64,000 nt of DNA, taken from NCBI GenBank assembly GCA_034226945.1, contig CP120460.1:496001-560000 (forward strand), given 5' to 3'. Source of the stretch: Picochlorum sp. SENEW3 (Eukaryota). Below the pieces are notes generated by a model. That model was not told the DNA's origin, made no database searches, and saw nothing but the letters and a program-made list of their open reading frames with translations. The first letter of the stretch is position 1; every line of letters begins with the position of its first letter. The position numbers and the translations under genes are program-made. Positions 46,183 to 58,144 of this stretch are shown here, piece by piece.

Positions 46183-47718
46183 TTATATGATGGTGTTGTC
46201 TGGAATAGTACCATTTCTCAGGACGACAACAATGCCATCTCTAATATAGTACCCATCCTCTTCCTTGGACGCCTCTTGCACATTCTCTCTGTTCACAATG
46301 GTGCAATTCTTTCCGATTCTAGCATTCTTATCCACAATAACATTCTTCAATGTCGTTCCTGCACCAATACCAATTGGTACCTTGCCCTGAGACTCCAACA
46401 ACTTGCGTTGCTCATCACTCTCGTAATAATCGGCTCCCATAATCATTGTGTCCTCAATGGTGGTATCAACTCCAACACGAGACCTCAATCCAATAATAGA
46501 ATGATTAATTTTAGAGTTCTTCACCATGGCTCCATGACTCACAATAGCATCAGTGAGTTCAGACTGAATCACCTTGGCAGGTGGCAAGAAACGTGGTGAT
46601 GTGTAAATTGGTCCTTCTGGATTATGGAACTCAAACTTTGGAGGATTTGCTGTCAACGCCAAGTTTGCATGGAAGAATGACTTGATGGTTCCAATATCTT
46701 CCCAATAGTCGTTAAACAAGAATGCCTGAACATTGTAATCAGCAGCTGCAAGTGGGATGATTTCCCCACCAAAATCATTCATCTCTGGATGCTGCCTCAA
46801 CAACTCCAACATGGCAGACTTCTTGAACACATAAATACCCATGGATGCAATATATGGATTCATTGCCGCTGCCTTGTCATCCAATCCCAACACGGTCGTA
46901 TCCACAGCCATGGCCTTCAATGCATCACCCTTTGGCTTCTCAGCAAACTCAATAATCCTGCCCTGGTCATCAATCTTCATCAATCCGAAATCAGATGCTC
47001 GTTCATCATCCATTGGAAGGCATCCAATGGTGACATCTGCATTGGTCGCCCTATGGTGGTCCACAAACCTCATATAGTCCATTCTATACAAGTGATCTCC
47101 CGACAAGATGACAATATCCTCCACACTCCTATTCTTAATATCCTCAAACAACCAAGAATACTGACGCACAGCATCAGCTGTACCTTGGAACCATTCCTTA
47201 TCGGTAGGAGTCTGAGTAGCAGCCAGAACCTCGACGAATCCTTCCCCACCAAATCTGACGCCGCCAGCACCAAAATTGTACGTCTTGGCAAGATGCCTAT
47301 TCAGCGACGTAGAATTGAACTGAGTCAGAATATAAATCTTAGACATACCAGAGTTGATACAGTTGGACATTGGAACATCAATCAACCTGTATGCCCCCCC
47401 AATAGGCACAGCTGGCTTTGCCCTATTCTTGGTCAATGGGTACAACCTCGTTCCAGCTCCACCTCCCAAGATGACAGCAAGGACACTGTTTGTCTGATTC
47501 CTACCACCCTCTGGCATCACAAGAGGAGATCCTTTCTGCACAATCTCTCCCTTATCGTTACGAACCACCTCGGCGGAGGCGCACACACGCTGTGTCTTGC
47601 TCTTCTCAGAAACAACCCTCTTCTTCATCAACAAACTCTGGCGTGCGCCAGCAAACCCAGAGGCAGAGGATGGTAAAACCAACCTTGGTCTATGTGTAGA
47701 AGCATGCCCCATGGACAT
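46183..47718 (-). CDS. ADP-glucose pyrophosphorylase large subunit (plastid)
   Basis: [26 protein letters not shown] (large-subunit-type residues), WFQGTADAV and YWEDIGTI. Confidence 0.93.
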   Translation of the reverse strand: MSMGHASTHRPRLVLPSSASGFAGARQSLLMKKRVVSEKSKTQRVCASAEVVRNDKGEIVQKGSPLVMPEGGRNQTNSVLAVILGGGAGTRLYPLTKNRAKPAVPIGGAYRLIDVPMSNCINSGMSKIYILTQFNSTSLNRHLAKTYNFGAGGVRFGGEGFVEVLAATQTPTDKEWFQGTADAVRQYSWLFEDIKNRSVEDIVILSGDHLYRMDYMRFVDHHRATNADVTIGCLPMDDERASDFGLMKIDDQGRIIEFAEKPKGDALKAMAVDTTVLGLDDKAAAMNPYIASMGIYVFKKSAMLELLRQHPEMNDFGGEIIPLAAADYNVQAFLFNDYWEDIGTIKSFFHANLALTANPPKFEFHNPEGPIYTSPRFLPPAKVIQSELTDAIVSHGAMVKNSKINHSIIGLRSRVGVDTTIEDTMIMGADYYESDEQRKLLESQGKVPIGIGAGTTLKNVIVDKNARIGKNCTIVNRENVQEASKEEDGYYIRDGIVVVLRNGTIPDNTII

Positions 47719-48257
47719 TGTTGGCTGACTGCAGCATACGATACGGTCCCATGAGCAACGACATGTCTGGAGTGATTCGACACAAAAAGACCCGATGAGG
47801 GTGTTCGTATTCCCATACCTGATGCGATGTGTCATAAGTAAACCCATGTTATTCATGCGAGTGTAAAATAAACAAAATAGTGAGGACGTAACAGCGTTCC
47901 CAAATCCAGATTGACGCACCTGAGCCAACCTGGCGATAAGGTTTTAAATCCCAAGTACGGAATTCTGTGAATAGAACATTAAAATAACCTTCCGTCAGCA
48001 TCTCAGGGCCCTGGTTTTCATATGATACGTGGACTGTCGCCTGCCATGAGCATAGCATTGAACCAATAATTTACAAATTGTAATTGTATGACTGGGTAAC
48101 CGAATAGGATACCCGTTGTATTCAGTGCTCTGAGACATAGAAACCCACAGCAACACCTTAATTGGACGATAGAAAAGCCTCTGACGCATACATTTGTGTA
48201 GAATGTATTAGTTATATACCTATACGTAACGTTAAGTGGATATAAAGGGACAAAAGT

Positions 48258-50147
48258 ATGGATAACACGCGTTTTAATGTCATGACAGTGAATAGATCGA
48301 GGAGTCAGCACAGTGGCATGGCGTCTGGAACTGGAGGATATCACACGTCTGGGGTTCATGGGCGTAAAGAGTATCCTAAAACGGCGGATGGGTATGAGTT
48401 GGTGGAAGAGTGTGGGAAGGGGGTGTCTGCGACGGTGTGGAGGGCAGTGGTCAAGTCGACGGGTGAAGAGGTTGCCATTAAGAATTTGGACTTGGAGAAT
48501 TTGAGCTGCAGTATGGATGAAATTGTGCAAGAGGCGCATACAATGAAGACTCTGAATCATCCTAATTTGTTACCGCTGTACTGTTCTTTTGTTCATGAGA
48601 ATAGTTTGTGGATGGTGATGCCGTATATTCATGGTGGATCTGTGTTGAACATCATGAGGTTCAAGTACGCTGATGGATTGGAGGAGCCAGCCATTGCTAC
48701 TATTATGAAGAGTGTGTTGAAAGCGTTGGATTATTTGCATAAGAATGGAATTATTCATAGGGATATCAAGGCGGGAAATATCTTGCTGGATTGGGATGGG
48801 CATGTCATGCTTGCAGATTTTGGTGTGGCTGCGCAATTGGAGCGGGGAGGTTCTTGGGGAAATAGATTGATGTCTAGGAAGACGTTTGTTGGGACGCCGT
48901 GTTGGATGGCGCCCGAGGTGATGGAGCCCGAGAGAGGGTATGATTGGAGAGCTGATATATGGTCGTTTGGTATTACATTGTTGGAGTTGGCACACGGTCA
49001 TGCTCCATTTGCAAAGTTGCCGCCGATGAAGGTGTTGATGATGACGTTGAATAATCCACCACCCACGTTGGATCAGTCTCCGGATTCGAAGAAGCATTTT
49101 TCAAAAGCAATGCGGGATATTGTGGCGAAATGCTTGATTAAAAAGCCTTCTGAGAGACCGACAGCAGCACAGTTGCTGGAGCACAAGTTTTTCAAGACAG
49201 CGCACGATGCGCATTATTTGCATCGACATGTTCTAGAAGGGCTTCCACCTGTGCCACAGAGAGTGGAGTTGATGAAACAGGCGCATGGTGGTGGAGCTCA
49301 GAAGAATGAGAAGCAGGAAAAGGAAATTTTGGCCAGTCAGCAAGAGTATCGAAGAGGTGTCTCCAGTTGGAATTTTGATGTTGAGGCACTGAAAAAAGCT
49401 GCAAATGAAGCAGCGGAGAGAGAGCAGCGGCTCGAAGCGATTCAGGAGCATGACGGAGCGAGTCTTGCCCCATCAACAGAAGGGAATCTTACGGGATCTC
49501 CATCAAAGGTTGTTGGGGCTGTTGCTGCTGCAGGTGCTGCCGCAGGCGCTGCCGCAGGCGCTGGTGGCCTTGCACGAGCCATTTCAAGTCAAAAATCATC
49601 GATGAAGGAACAAGGACGTTTCAAGATATATGAGGGGGATGAGCCACCGCCATTCAGTCCTCCAGTCCTGGATGGGCAGAATCTCATGGAGGAAGCCATG
49701 TCTTCTAAAGGTGGCATGTCTGCTGCCAGTTCCACAATCGATGACGGTGAACCAGACATGAACAAGGAAGCAAAGCGCAAAGGTAGATTTTTATATGTGG
49801 AGAAGCAAGAGGAGGATTCAAAGGCGAGGTTGTCTAAACTTGCCTCAAATGTATCCCTTGACAGAATTCCTCCACCAACATCAGGGGCACCAGGCATTGG
49901 GGTGTTACACAATGCGTTGAAAGACCTGCTTGAAAGCGCCCAGTTGCAGCATGAAAGTCTCAAAGAGATGAATGCAGCCGTAGCAGATGCTGAAAAGGGA
50001 AAGTATGGAGCTTTGAATGCCTATCTCAACCAGCGACAACGCTTCCACAGTCCTGCTGACTATGACAGACTCAAAGCTGAAATTCAAGAGCTCAAGGAAG
50101 AAAATGCCAAATTGAAAGATGAGAATGCAAGGCTCAGGAATGCCTGA
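48258..50147 (+). CDS. STE20-family kinase (OSR1/SPAK/Fray-like) with a C-terminal coiled coil
   Basis: HRDIKAGN, DFGV, GTPCWMAPEV and PPMKVLMMTL. Confidence 0.92.
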   Translation: MDNTRFNVMTVNRSRSQHSGMASGTGGYHTSGVHGRKEYPKTADGYELVEECGKGVSATVWRAVVKSTGEEVAIKNLDLENLSCSMDEIVQEAHTMKTLNHPNLLPLYCSFVHENSLWMVMPYIHGGSVLNIMRFKYADGLEEPAIATIMKSVLKALDYLHKNGIIHRDIKAGNILLDWDGHVMLADFGVAAQLERGGSWGNRLMSRKTFVGTPCWMAPEVMEPERGYDWRADIWSFGITLLELAHGHAPFAKLPPMKVLMMTLNNPPPTLDQSPDSKKHFSKAMRDIVAKCLIKKPSERPTAAQLLEHKFFKTAHDAHYLHRHVLEGLPPVPQRVELMKQAHGGGAQKNEKQEKEILASQQEYRRGVSSWNFDVEALKKAANEAAEREQRLEAIQEHDGASLAPSTEGNLTGSPSKVVGAVAAAGAAAGAAAGAGGLARAISSQKSSMKEQGRFKIYEGDEPPPFSPPVLDGQNLMEEAMSSKGGMSAASSTIDDGEPDMNKEAKRKGRFLYVEKQEEDSKARLSKLASNVSLDRIPPPTSGAPGIGVLHNALKDLLESAQLQHESLKEMNAAVADAEKGKYGALNAYLNQRQRFHSPADYDRLKAEIQELKEENAKLKDENARLRNA

Positions 50148-50172
50148 TAAATTAAATTGTAACACGAATACC

Positions 50173-51633
50173 ATGTTTGATATTACTGTTTTCGGAGCAA
50201 CCGGTACGGTTTTTTTGTGTCTTTTGTCTTTCGTTTCTACCAAAGTTAGTGAAACCACCCCTCTGCAGGCTATACTGGTAAAAGAATTGCGAGAGAAATT
50301 GTTTTATGTGGATTTAATGGGTGCGTGGTGAAAAAAAAGTGTGCTCCTTGGATTCGCGAGCACTATCTGAAACGTGGTCTGCCCAGCCTCCTGACTGACG
50401 GCGACAACCACTGGCCATAATGGCCACGGGTTGTTTTTCTACTGCAGAATATTTGCAATTGCTGGGCGCAATCGAGAGAGACTTGAAGAGCTTAAAAAGG
50501 CTTTGGTCGATGACGGTGCCCAGGAAGCTGATGTTGGTGTGATTGTTGCTGACAGCAACGATGGTGAGTCCTTGAGAGACATGACCAGAAGCACAAAGGT
50601 TCTGATAAATGCCGTTGGCCCTTTCCGGTTCCATGGCAGGCTTGTTGTACAGGCGTGTTTAGAAACAAAGACAGATTATGTAGATGTATGTGGAGAACCA
50701 GAATTTATGGAACGGATTGAATTTGATTTTCATGATGAAGCATCTCAAAAAGAGGTGATTATTGCATCAGCAATGGGTTTTGACTCTGTTCCGACAGATA
50801 TAGGGAATTATATTGTTTCAAGAGAGTTTTCTCCTGGATCATGTGCTTCTGTAGAGACTTTTATTCAATTGCACTCTGGGCCAAGCGGTCTTGCGCTGCA
50901 TTATCCAACCTATGAGAGTGCAGTGCATGGCTTTGGGTCAGCCCAGGAATTACGCTCGTTGAGAAAAGAAGCGGCGAAAAAGCGAGGATCTCTTCCTCAG
51001 CCAGAGTTTCCTCTAGCACTGAAATCCCCGGGAACATTCGATCCAGAAGTTGGGCAGTATGTGATTCCATTTATGGGAAGCTGCCCTTCGGTGATCAAAA
51101 GGAGTCAGAATACCATGTACCATGGTTACAAGAAGGAGGAATCATCATTGTCATCATTCGACAGTAAAGTCTACATGTGTGTACCAACAAAGAAGAGTTT
51201 CTATCAGTTTGCCTTTTTTGGAACGATTTTCAAATCCCTGGCCAGGTATCAATTTGGTAGGAGCGTATTGCTTTCGTATCCCAAGATATTTTCCGGTGGA
51301 ATTTTAACGCATCAGGGACCTACTGAAGAGCAGCTTAAAGAGACATCATTTACGGTGACATGCATTGGGAAGGGGAAGGAATCTGATGGGAAAAAGGTGA
51401 CGCTGAAGATAGATGGCCCAGAGCCTGGGTATGTGACCTGCTCCATCTTCATTGTTGCAGCAGCACGGATCCTTTTGACAGAGAGAGAATCAATAAAGCA
51501 TCCTCTCCATGGGGCACATGGAGGAGTTTTCACGCCAGCGTCGCTCCTGATGTACAATAAAACATCTTACATTGATTTATTGGAGAAACGGGGGATCACT
51601 TGTACAATGACAGCGTCAGAAAGTGAGGGTTGA
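50173..51633 (+). CDS. Saccharopine dehydrogenase-like oxidoreductase (SCCPDH)
   Basis: Exons 50173-50203, 50269-50320 and 50448-51633 rebuild FGATGYTG. Also NAVGPFRFHG, GFDSVPTD and GPEPGYV. Confidence 0.9.
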
Positions 51634-51849
51634 ACCAAACTGCGACAATCCCTCGGAGGAACAAAGAATCTTGATTTCATGATGCATCTTGAATGAATAA
51701 TCATCGAACCCTTATAGTGCTGAGTCTTTGCTGTTCCCAGTGAGAACAAAGGAGCTCACTGGGGCATCGAGAAGAACAGGGTCTCTGTGGAACGCATTAC
51801 ATATGCAATTTGATCATAAAGTGCTGGTGCAGCGGAAAAAACTTCCTCC

Positions 51850-52845
51850 TCAAGTCCAAGGAAGCCTTTTGGGATATATACGTGTTCCACAATAATCTAA
51901 GAGACCCTCCATATCAGGACACCTGTCAGCACTGTAGCCTCCCTGAGCAAACGGGTCCCTCTTCACCCGCTTCTCAGAGAGCTCACCTTGACATCCATAG
52001 GGATCCTTTTCAAACGACCTTTTTGTCTTCTCCTCCCCTTCAAACGCCTTTGGATCCAAAGCAGGTGTTCCAATGAATTCTATTCTATTTTCTGGCCACT
52101 TGATAGCCTTTCTATGGGTCTGCAAGAACCTTTCCTCCTTGAATTCATAGCTAACAACAACAATTTTCTCAGGGTATGACCCTGTCAACTCGTAAAATCG
52201 ACACAAACTAAACAATACATTTTCCAGCGAGTCTCTCGAATGCTCTTCAGTAAACGCCCTTGATCGAACGCTGTCACCGTGACCAAACCAGCCATTCGCC
52301 TCTGCAACAGTCCAATACCCATTTGCCTCTGATCGTGGTCCAGCCTGTTTTCTCGTTTGCCCTCCAGAGAACACCAGCATGCTATTCTCATCACGCGCAG
52401 CTTCATCTACACCTAATTTAATATGCTCTAGAAAACTTTCTACTTGCCCAGGAGTTCTCCTCTGATACCCTAGCAATGCCCAATTGTTCTTATCCTCTGC
52501 ATTTCTCCAATCAACACCAGTGAACACAGAGTGACAAGCCACCAGAACCAGGGACTTGACATGCGGCATAGGATGCTCGAAAGAAGGTTGCGCTCTCTTC
52601 TTACTCAGATCAGTCTTCTCCACCATGGCCTTTCTATTCCCAACAAGAGCAACTCCTCCATCACCCTTCCCTGTCAATGCTGCATTTTCTAGAAAAAACA
52701 AGACTGTAACCACCAAAAACACGAGCAAACCTATGCAATACTTGTTGTCAAGCGATAAAAAACCGTGTCGACGATGGTACAATCGATGATAAATCCCTTT
52801 ACTCGGTGTTGATGACGCAGAATCACTCATCATCATTTTTATCAT
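51850..52845 (-). CDS. Membrane-anchored DUF218-like (YdcF-like) protein
   Basis: N-terminal transmembrane helix; VFSGGQT, EEHSRDSLENVLFS and VVSYEFKEERF. Confidence 0.75.
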   Translation of the reverse strand: MIKMMMSDSASSTPSKGIYHRLYHRRHGFLSLDNKYCIGLLVFLVVTVLFFLENAALTGKGDGGVALVGNRKAMVEKTDLSKKRAQPSFEHPMPHVKSLVLVACHSVFTGVDWRNAEDKNNWALLGYQRRTPGQVESFLEHIKLGVDEAARDENSMLVFSGGQTRKQAGPRSEANGYWTVAEANGWFGHGDSVRSRAFTEEHSRDSLENVLFSLCRFYELTGSYPEKIVVVSYEFKEERFLQTHRKAIKWPENRIEFIGTPALDPKAFEGEEKTKRSFEKDPYGCQGELSEKRVKRDPFAQGGYSADRCPDMEGLLDYCGTRIYPKRLPWT

Positions 52846-53322
52846 GCCGGTGTTGAAGGTTCAAACCCAGTCACCGCATCTAGTCCTTGACTTCGGACGC
52901 TAATACGATACTTGTGTACTTTCAATGTGTTTTATGGTGACATCACGCATTCATAAGGGATTTCAGGGCGATTTGAAGGAAAGAAAAGGTGGTTCGTACA
53001 GATCGGTCAAGATGCCATTCGTCCTCGTCCCCTGCAGCCTGACTCCATCCATATGCAGCATTTGGTACCCCTTAATGCTCTGTAGGATTTCAATGCGAAT
53101 GTTTTCCAGGTGCAGCACGCATCCTACATGGATTGGTGAAGACAGAGTTCAAAAGTCCTTATATAAATACTTTTAAAATCAACCCGAATTTCTTTGGACC
53201 TGCTCAAAAGGCTGCCTGCAACACGAAAGCGCGCAGGCATTGGCCCATGTCAAAGTAACGCCGATTCAGCTAGCCATATCATTAAATTATTCACATCTGT
53301 GGTATAGTATACGAATAATACA

Positions 53323-54393
53323 ATGGTACGTTGAGAAATAGAAGAATCCCACCATACAAGAGCGGGCATTGCCGCCTCCAAGACCTCAGCAGAGAAGCCT
53401 TTGTTTCATTTTGCCAGAGGGGCTCTGTATGGATTCATTGGCATGTTTTATATAAATATATACTGATACTTCATGAAAAATCGCATTCAATCCCTCGGAT
53501 GGTGTCTGAGCGACGATGAATGGCGAGTCGGCCATTGCGGCGGTGGGCGTGGATGAAGTCATGCCACATCGAGAGAAACCCAGATGATATATTCCAAACT
53601 GATATGAAATTAATATTGTACGCAGGCACCAAAGAAGAAGGTCGCGGCCGTTCCAGCCGCAGTGAGGAAGCCAGCTGCTGCTGCCAAGCCAACGAATCCT
53701 CTCTATGAGAAGCGCACAAAGTCTTTCGGAATTGGAGGAGATCTTCCACCAAAGAGAGATATGCACAGATTCGTTCGCTGGCCAAAGTATGTTCGTATTC
53801 AGAGGCAGAGAAGAGTGCTGAAAATGCGCCTCAAAGTCCCACCAGCTCTGAACAGATTCACAAAGACTTTGGACAAGTCTTCAGCTGAGACTGTGTTCAA
53901 GCTCTTGATGAAGTACCGCCCAGAAGATAAGGCTGCCAAGAAGGAGAGGCTTTTGAAGGAGGCCGAGGCTAGAGCTGCAGGAAATGAGGTTGAGAAGAAG
54001 AAGCCAGTTGTGGTCAAGTTCGGAATCAACCACGTCACCACTTTGGTTGAGCAAGGAAAGGCTCAGCTCGTAGTTATCGCCCACGATGTTGATCCAATTG
54101 AGATGGTTATTTGGCTTCCAGCTCTCTGCAAGAAGATGGGAGTGCCATATGTGATTGTTAAGGGTAAGGCTAGATTGGGAACTGTTGTTCACCAGAAGAA
54201 TGCAACCTGCCTTGCTTTGACCAGCGTCAAGTCGGAGGATGAGAGAGAACTTGCCAAGATTGTGGACACCAGTAAGAGCATGTACCTTGATGCTCCACGT
54301 GTCTCATGGGGAGGAGGTATCATGGGACCAAAGTCCCAGGCTGCTACAAAGAAGAAGGAGAAAGCCTTAGCCAAGGAGTTGGTCGGGCGTTAA
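53323..54393 (+). CDS. RPL7A: 60S ribosomal protein L7a (eL8)
   Basis: Coding exon 1 is only the ATG (53323-53325, ACAATG|GTACGT), followed by a 300-nt intron and exon 2 at 53626-54393. [14 protein letters not shown] and IAHDVDPIE. Confidence 0.93.
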
Positions 54394-54753
54394 GCTTTAT
54401 TAGTAGTAATATGAATTAGATGTGATGTATATCTTGTAATCCAATCTCACAATATACAATGTATCTTATGGGTGTATGGGTATCCAGGGTACACAGATGT
54501 GTATAAGGACAAACTTGAGTGTCGTTTTATTTACGGAAGGTGAGAAAATCCTAGACCAATCTTGTGCTTCTGGTGAGGATCGGCGCGAATCAGATTCACA
54601 TCCACTTTTAATAATTCTAAAGTGCCTTATAATGTCCAATGTGTGAAGAATTTCGCTGTGACAAAGGAAGAGAGCAAATGTGTGACTGAAGTCTCTGAAT
54701 TTTGTCTCAGTCGACTGTGTGAAAGAAGACGGAATAATAAAGGAAGAGAAAGT

Positions 54754-56529
54754 ATGATTAGATGCCCATCTTGGTGGTCTCGAGGGGATCGCCTAGGAGT
54801 GAGAAAACATCAGCGTGTCGGTGTTGGGACTGGAAGAAGGCAGGTTGTTGTTGTTGCACGACAGGGCTCTGGTGATCTGGCCAAGACTGTTTCGCGAGTG
54901 GTGGCATTAGTTCCAGTGTTATGGACAGCATGGTCATCTGGTGCTGTGGCACGCCAGACAGTTCGGGGGGACACTGGGACTGCTGTTTCTTTGTTCTCTG
55001 GGGAGAAGAAGAATGGAGTTTTTTCTTTTCTGAAAAGAGAGAAGGCTGTTCCAAGTCAGGAAAGTATGGCCGCTGTGCTGGAGTATTATACTAGCGATTC
55101 TGGAATCAGAACAATCGATGTAGAAATTCCTCGCCAGGGCGATGATGGAGGGCGTGAAGCAGTTGTTGCAGTCATCGTTGCACTTGCTTGTGCTCTTGGG
55201 TACGTGAAGTATATGGATTCGAGAAAATCATCATATGAGTATGGTATAGAGAGAGAATTGAGATATTTCGAACCGATTCGAGAGAATACAAGTTTGGCTG
55301 AGGAAGAGAAGGAGGCAATGAGGAGGGAGGCTATGCGTAGGATTGCAAGGGCAAAGAGAGCTGAGGAAAACTTTAGAAGAAATGCTGTACAGGAGCCTGA
55401 TACCAGCACGATAAGTAATGATGAAGTTGCTTTGATTGAGGAGGAAGAGGAGCGACCGTCCTCAATTGTAGTGGAAAAGACAGAGACAATCACTCTGGTT
55501 GAGGCCAGTCCGCCTCCTGTCACAGATGCTACAGAGCCTCCAGTTGCCCCACATTCTTCATCGATATCTACCAACCCTGGTTTACTGGCTATTGCTTTAC
55601 TGTCAGTGATGGCAGACGAGGTGTCAGCCATGATACCAAAGGTTGAGTTGGAGCATGGCAGAGTGCTAGGTTGCTCATACAAGAATGCAAAGGGAGAGCC
55701 CAGAGGAAAGACCTTGTCTGTAGGATCGCAAAAGCGTGTGGCACAAAAACTTCACGGGAAACAGTCAACAAGCCTGCATGGTAGCGATGTGCTTCTGGCT
55801 CCTCTTGCGCCGATGATGAAATCATTGGAGAAGAAGAAAACTGGGAGCATATTTTCTACAAAGTACAGTCCTTTCACGGATCTGCATGACTTTGTTTCCG
55901 ACTCAAACAAGAGTACACAAGTAAAATCAAATAGAGATCCGTTCCATGCCTTGACGAGTGCTCTCTTATCTTTTCATGGATTCCAAGTACCCAAGAGATT
56001 GGACAAGTATGACCCATCTGCAAGACTGGAGCAGATACAAAGGCCACAGAGTGACTGGCGATCAGATCCGATCATCTCTTGTATTAAAAACGCATCATTG
56101 TTTGATGGTCCAAAGATTTCAGAATTTATAAAAAAGTACGATCCTTTATCAACAGGTTTTGACATGACAATCATCCCGCAAAAGGGAAGCTCAGAGTATT
56201 CAGTTTTCCAGGCTCTGTTGAATGCTCGTCCAAAAGGATCGTCAGAATATTCGATTGTACACGCATTATTACAAGCAAAACCCAGGGATACGGGAGATAA
56301 CGATGATCCATGGAAGGCCCTTGTGGATGCGAGGCCTCCACCTGTCAGACCAGGAGAAGTTGTTGACGCACTGGACTCGGTGGTGACATACTTGAAGACA
56401 CCACTCAACATTGATTTTTTCAAATACGACATGATTCACAATATATTTGGACATGAACATGACGAGAAGGAGGAAGAAGAGAACCGAAATGAGAATGACA
56501 GCATTGAAAAACAGGGATACCAGGAATAG
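54754..56529 (+). CDS. Uncharacterised, probably plastid/thylakoid membrane protein with internal repeats
   Basis: Long open frame. Arg/Val-rich transit-like N-terminus, a hydrophobic stretch ending AVA, one transmembrane segment and repeated helical motifs. Confidence 0.6.
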   Translation: MIRCPSWWSRGDRLGVRKHQRVGVGTGRRQVVVVARQGSGDLAKTVSRVVALVPVLWTAWSSGAVARQTVRGDTGTAVSLFSGEKKNGVFSFLKREKAVPSQESMAAVLEYYTSDSGIRTIDVEIPRQGDDGGREAVVAVIVALACALGYVKYMDSRKSSYEYGIERELRYFEPIRENTSLAEEEKEAMRREAMRRIARAKRAEENFRRNAVQEPDTSTISNDEVALIEEEEERPSSIVVEKTETITLVEASPPPVTDATEPPVAPHSSSISTNPGLLAIALLSVMADEVSAMIPKVELEHGRVLGCSYKNAKGEPRGKTLSVGSQKRVAQKLHGKQSTSLHGSDVLLAPLAPMMKSLEKKKTGSIFSTKYSPFTDLHDFVSDSNKSTQVKSNRDPFHALTSALLSFHGFQVPKRLDKYDPSARLEQIQRPQSDWRSDPIISCIKNASLFDGPKISEFIKKYDPLSTGFDMTIIPQKGSSEYSVFQALLNARPKGSSEYSIVHALLQAKPRDTGDNDDPWKALVDARPPPVRPGEVVDALDSVVTYLKTPLNIDFFKYDMIHNIFGHEHDEKEEEENRNENDSIEKQGYQE

Positions 56530-56536
56530 TACATCA

Positions 56537-58144
56537 TCATGTAATCAACTGTTTCACATTCTCGTGCATTGGGATAACCCCATCTCTCCTATATGAATTT
56601 GATACACTCTCAGCACCCTGATACATGTACGTCACCATGAGACCAAAACTCCTTTCTCTCCCATTCGCGCTCAAATCCGCCCCATAGTGAATCTGATAAA
56701 TAGATGCACCATTCTCAACATGGAAACGAGTCACAGGATCCATTGACGACGTGTTCGTCAGATACTGTGCGCACCACCGCAACATACTATCTTTCATACA
56801 ATCATACAAATCTTCATCATGACGCGCCTGAAGCGACTGCAACACTTCTGAGAGCACCTCTGCTCGACTGGAGCCATCATCAAGAGAATGGATCATACCA
56901 TTCCATGTCTCATCATCAATCCCATCAGCGAGCTCCTCAATATTCTGGTACACCCACGATGAAAACAAAGGAATCGGAGACAACGTACAAAACGTATCCA
57001 ACTGATTCGGCAGTTCCTCCTGCAATCTCCTCATGGCCTCTGTAATCAGACTATGCCCCAAATCTATCCCCTTCAATCCATCCTCCATATTATTGATCGA
57101 ATAAAACACCGCAACATTTGGACTTTTTCTCGATGGAGAAGACGCCTTTCTAAAAATCTGTGGCAGCTCGGTGGGAATACTCTTCTCCAAACTGATGTAC
57201 ACAGCAAGCAATGGCACTCCTGGAAGCGCAGGATGATTCCAAACATATACCCGTTTATTCCCAACAAACCTCTGCTTCAAAGACATCCACGACCGCATCC
57301 GATGAACTTTTTCATGCACAACTAATCGTTCAAGCGCAGCAGCCGATGCATGTTCCCACGTCAGCCTTTCCAACTGCAACAGTTTCCCATCAACAAACCA
57401 TTTTGAAATATTCCTTTTCAAATTCTCATTCATAATCCCAAACACATGCTGTTTCTTTTCTTCCGCACGAGATATATTTGCAATAATGTTGTTCAAATCT
57501 GCCCTCAACGTGATGAGAAACTCCAACCCTCTAAATTTGGAAAAGATATCAAACAGCTCTTCATACAAGGGAACACAGGCAACTGACACATCCTCCAGAG
57601 CCTGCAGCACCCTCACATCACCCAAGGTACATACACCTGTATTGGTATCCTCACCCTCACTCTCTTCTTCTAGAACTAATGATGATGAAGTATGTACAGC
57701 CTCATGATACGACGCCATGGCCTTGTCCAGCGCACCCGCATCCCTCTTCTCCTTCTTCTCCCTCACAGACGCTGCCGCCAAGGAATCAAACATACCCTGA
57801 CGCCCATCCCCATCACAACCAAGATAATACGCACACATGGAATCCACAGCATCCTGAACATACATGGAATTCGGCTTTACTGCATGCATCCGCACAGCCT
57901 TCTCCGCAATCTCCCCAATCAATGAACAAGACACCACCACCTCGTCTCCCCTTCCAGCATTGTCACCATCGCTCCTATGCGCCACAGACTCTTCCAACAC
58001 GCGCGTATACTTTGCCAAAATCATCTCATCAGAATCATTACGAAATATCCCAGGGTGATAGCGGCGATACCGCATCAAGGATGCCAGAGACCATGTGTCT
58101 CCTCCTGTACGTCCCGCTGCTCCGAGCACAGCGCGACGACGCAT
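56537..58144 (-). CDS. Malonyl-CoA decarboxylase
   Basis: HEKVH, VFYSINN..GLKGIDLG, TLSPIPLF, DPVTRFHVENGA and SFGLMVTY. Confidence 0.88.
   Translation of the reverse strand: MRRRAVLGAAGRTGGDTWSLASLMRYRRYHPGIFRNDSDEMILAKYTRVLEESVAHRSDGDNAGRGDEVVVSCSLIGEIAEKAVRMHAVKPNSMYVQDAVDSMCAYYLGCDGDGRQGMFDSLAAASVREKKEKRDAGALDKAMASYHEAVHTSSSLVLEEESEGEDTNTGVCTLGDVRVLQALEDVSVACVPLYEELFDIFSKFRGLEFLITLRADLNNIIANISRAEEKKQHVFGIMNENLKRNISKWFVDGKLLQLERLTWEHASAAALERLVVHEKVHRMRSWMSLKQRFVGNKRVYVWNHPALPGVPLLAVYISLEKSIPTELPQIFRKASSPSRKSPNVAVFYSINNMEDGLKGIDLGHSLITEAMRRLQEELPNQLDTFCTLSPIPLFSSWVYQNIEELADGIDDETWNGMIHSLDDGSSRAEVLSEVLQSLQARHDEDLYDCMKDSMLRWCAQYLTNTSSMDPVTRFHVENGASIYQIHYGADLSANGRERSFGLMVTYMYQGAESVSNSYRRDGVIPMHENVKQLIT

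Noticed and set aside
46789..47676. Long antisense ORF opposite AGPase, and similar shadow ORFs opposite MSH6, ribophorin and LACS
   Set aside because: No motifs; explained by codon bias of the real gene on the other strand.
9323..47718. Carbohydrate gene cluster (glucokinase, Csl synthase, sugar porter, AGPase)
   Set aside because: The genes are widely interspersed with unrelated housekeeping genes, with no evidence of functional clustering.
49519..49566. GCTGCCGCAGGC-type tandem repeat in the kinase gene
   Set aside because: Ordinary Ala/Gly low-complexity coding repeat.
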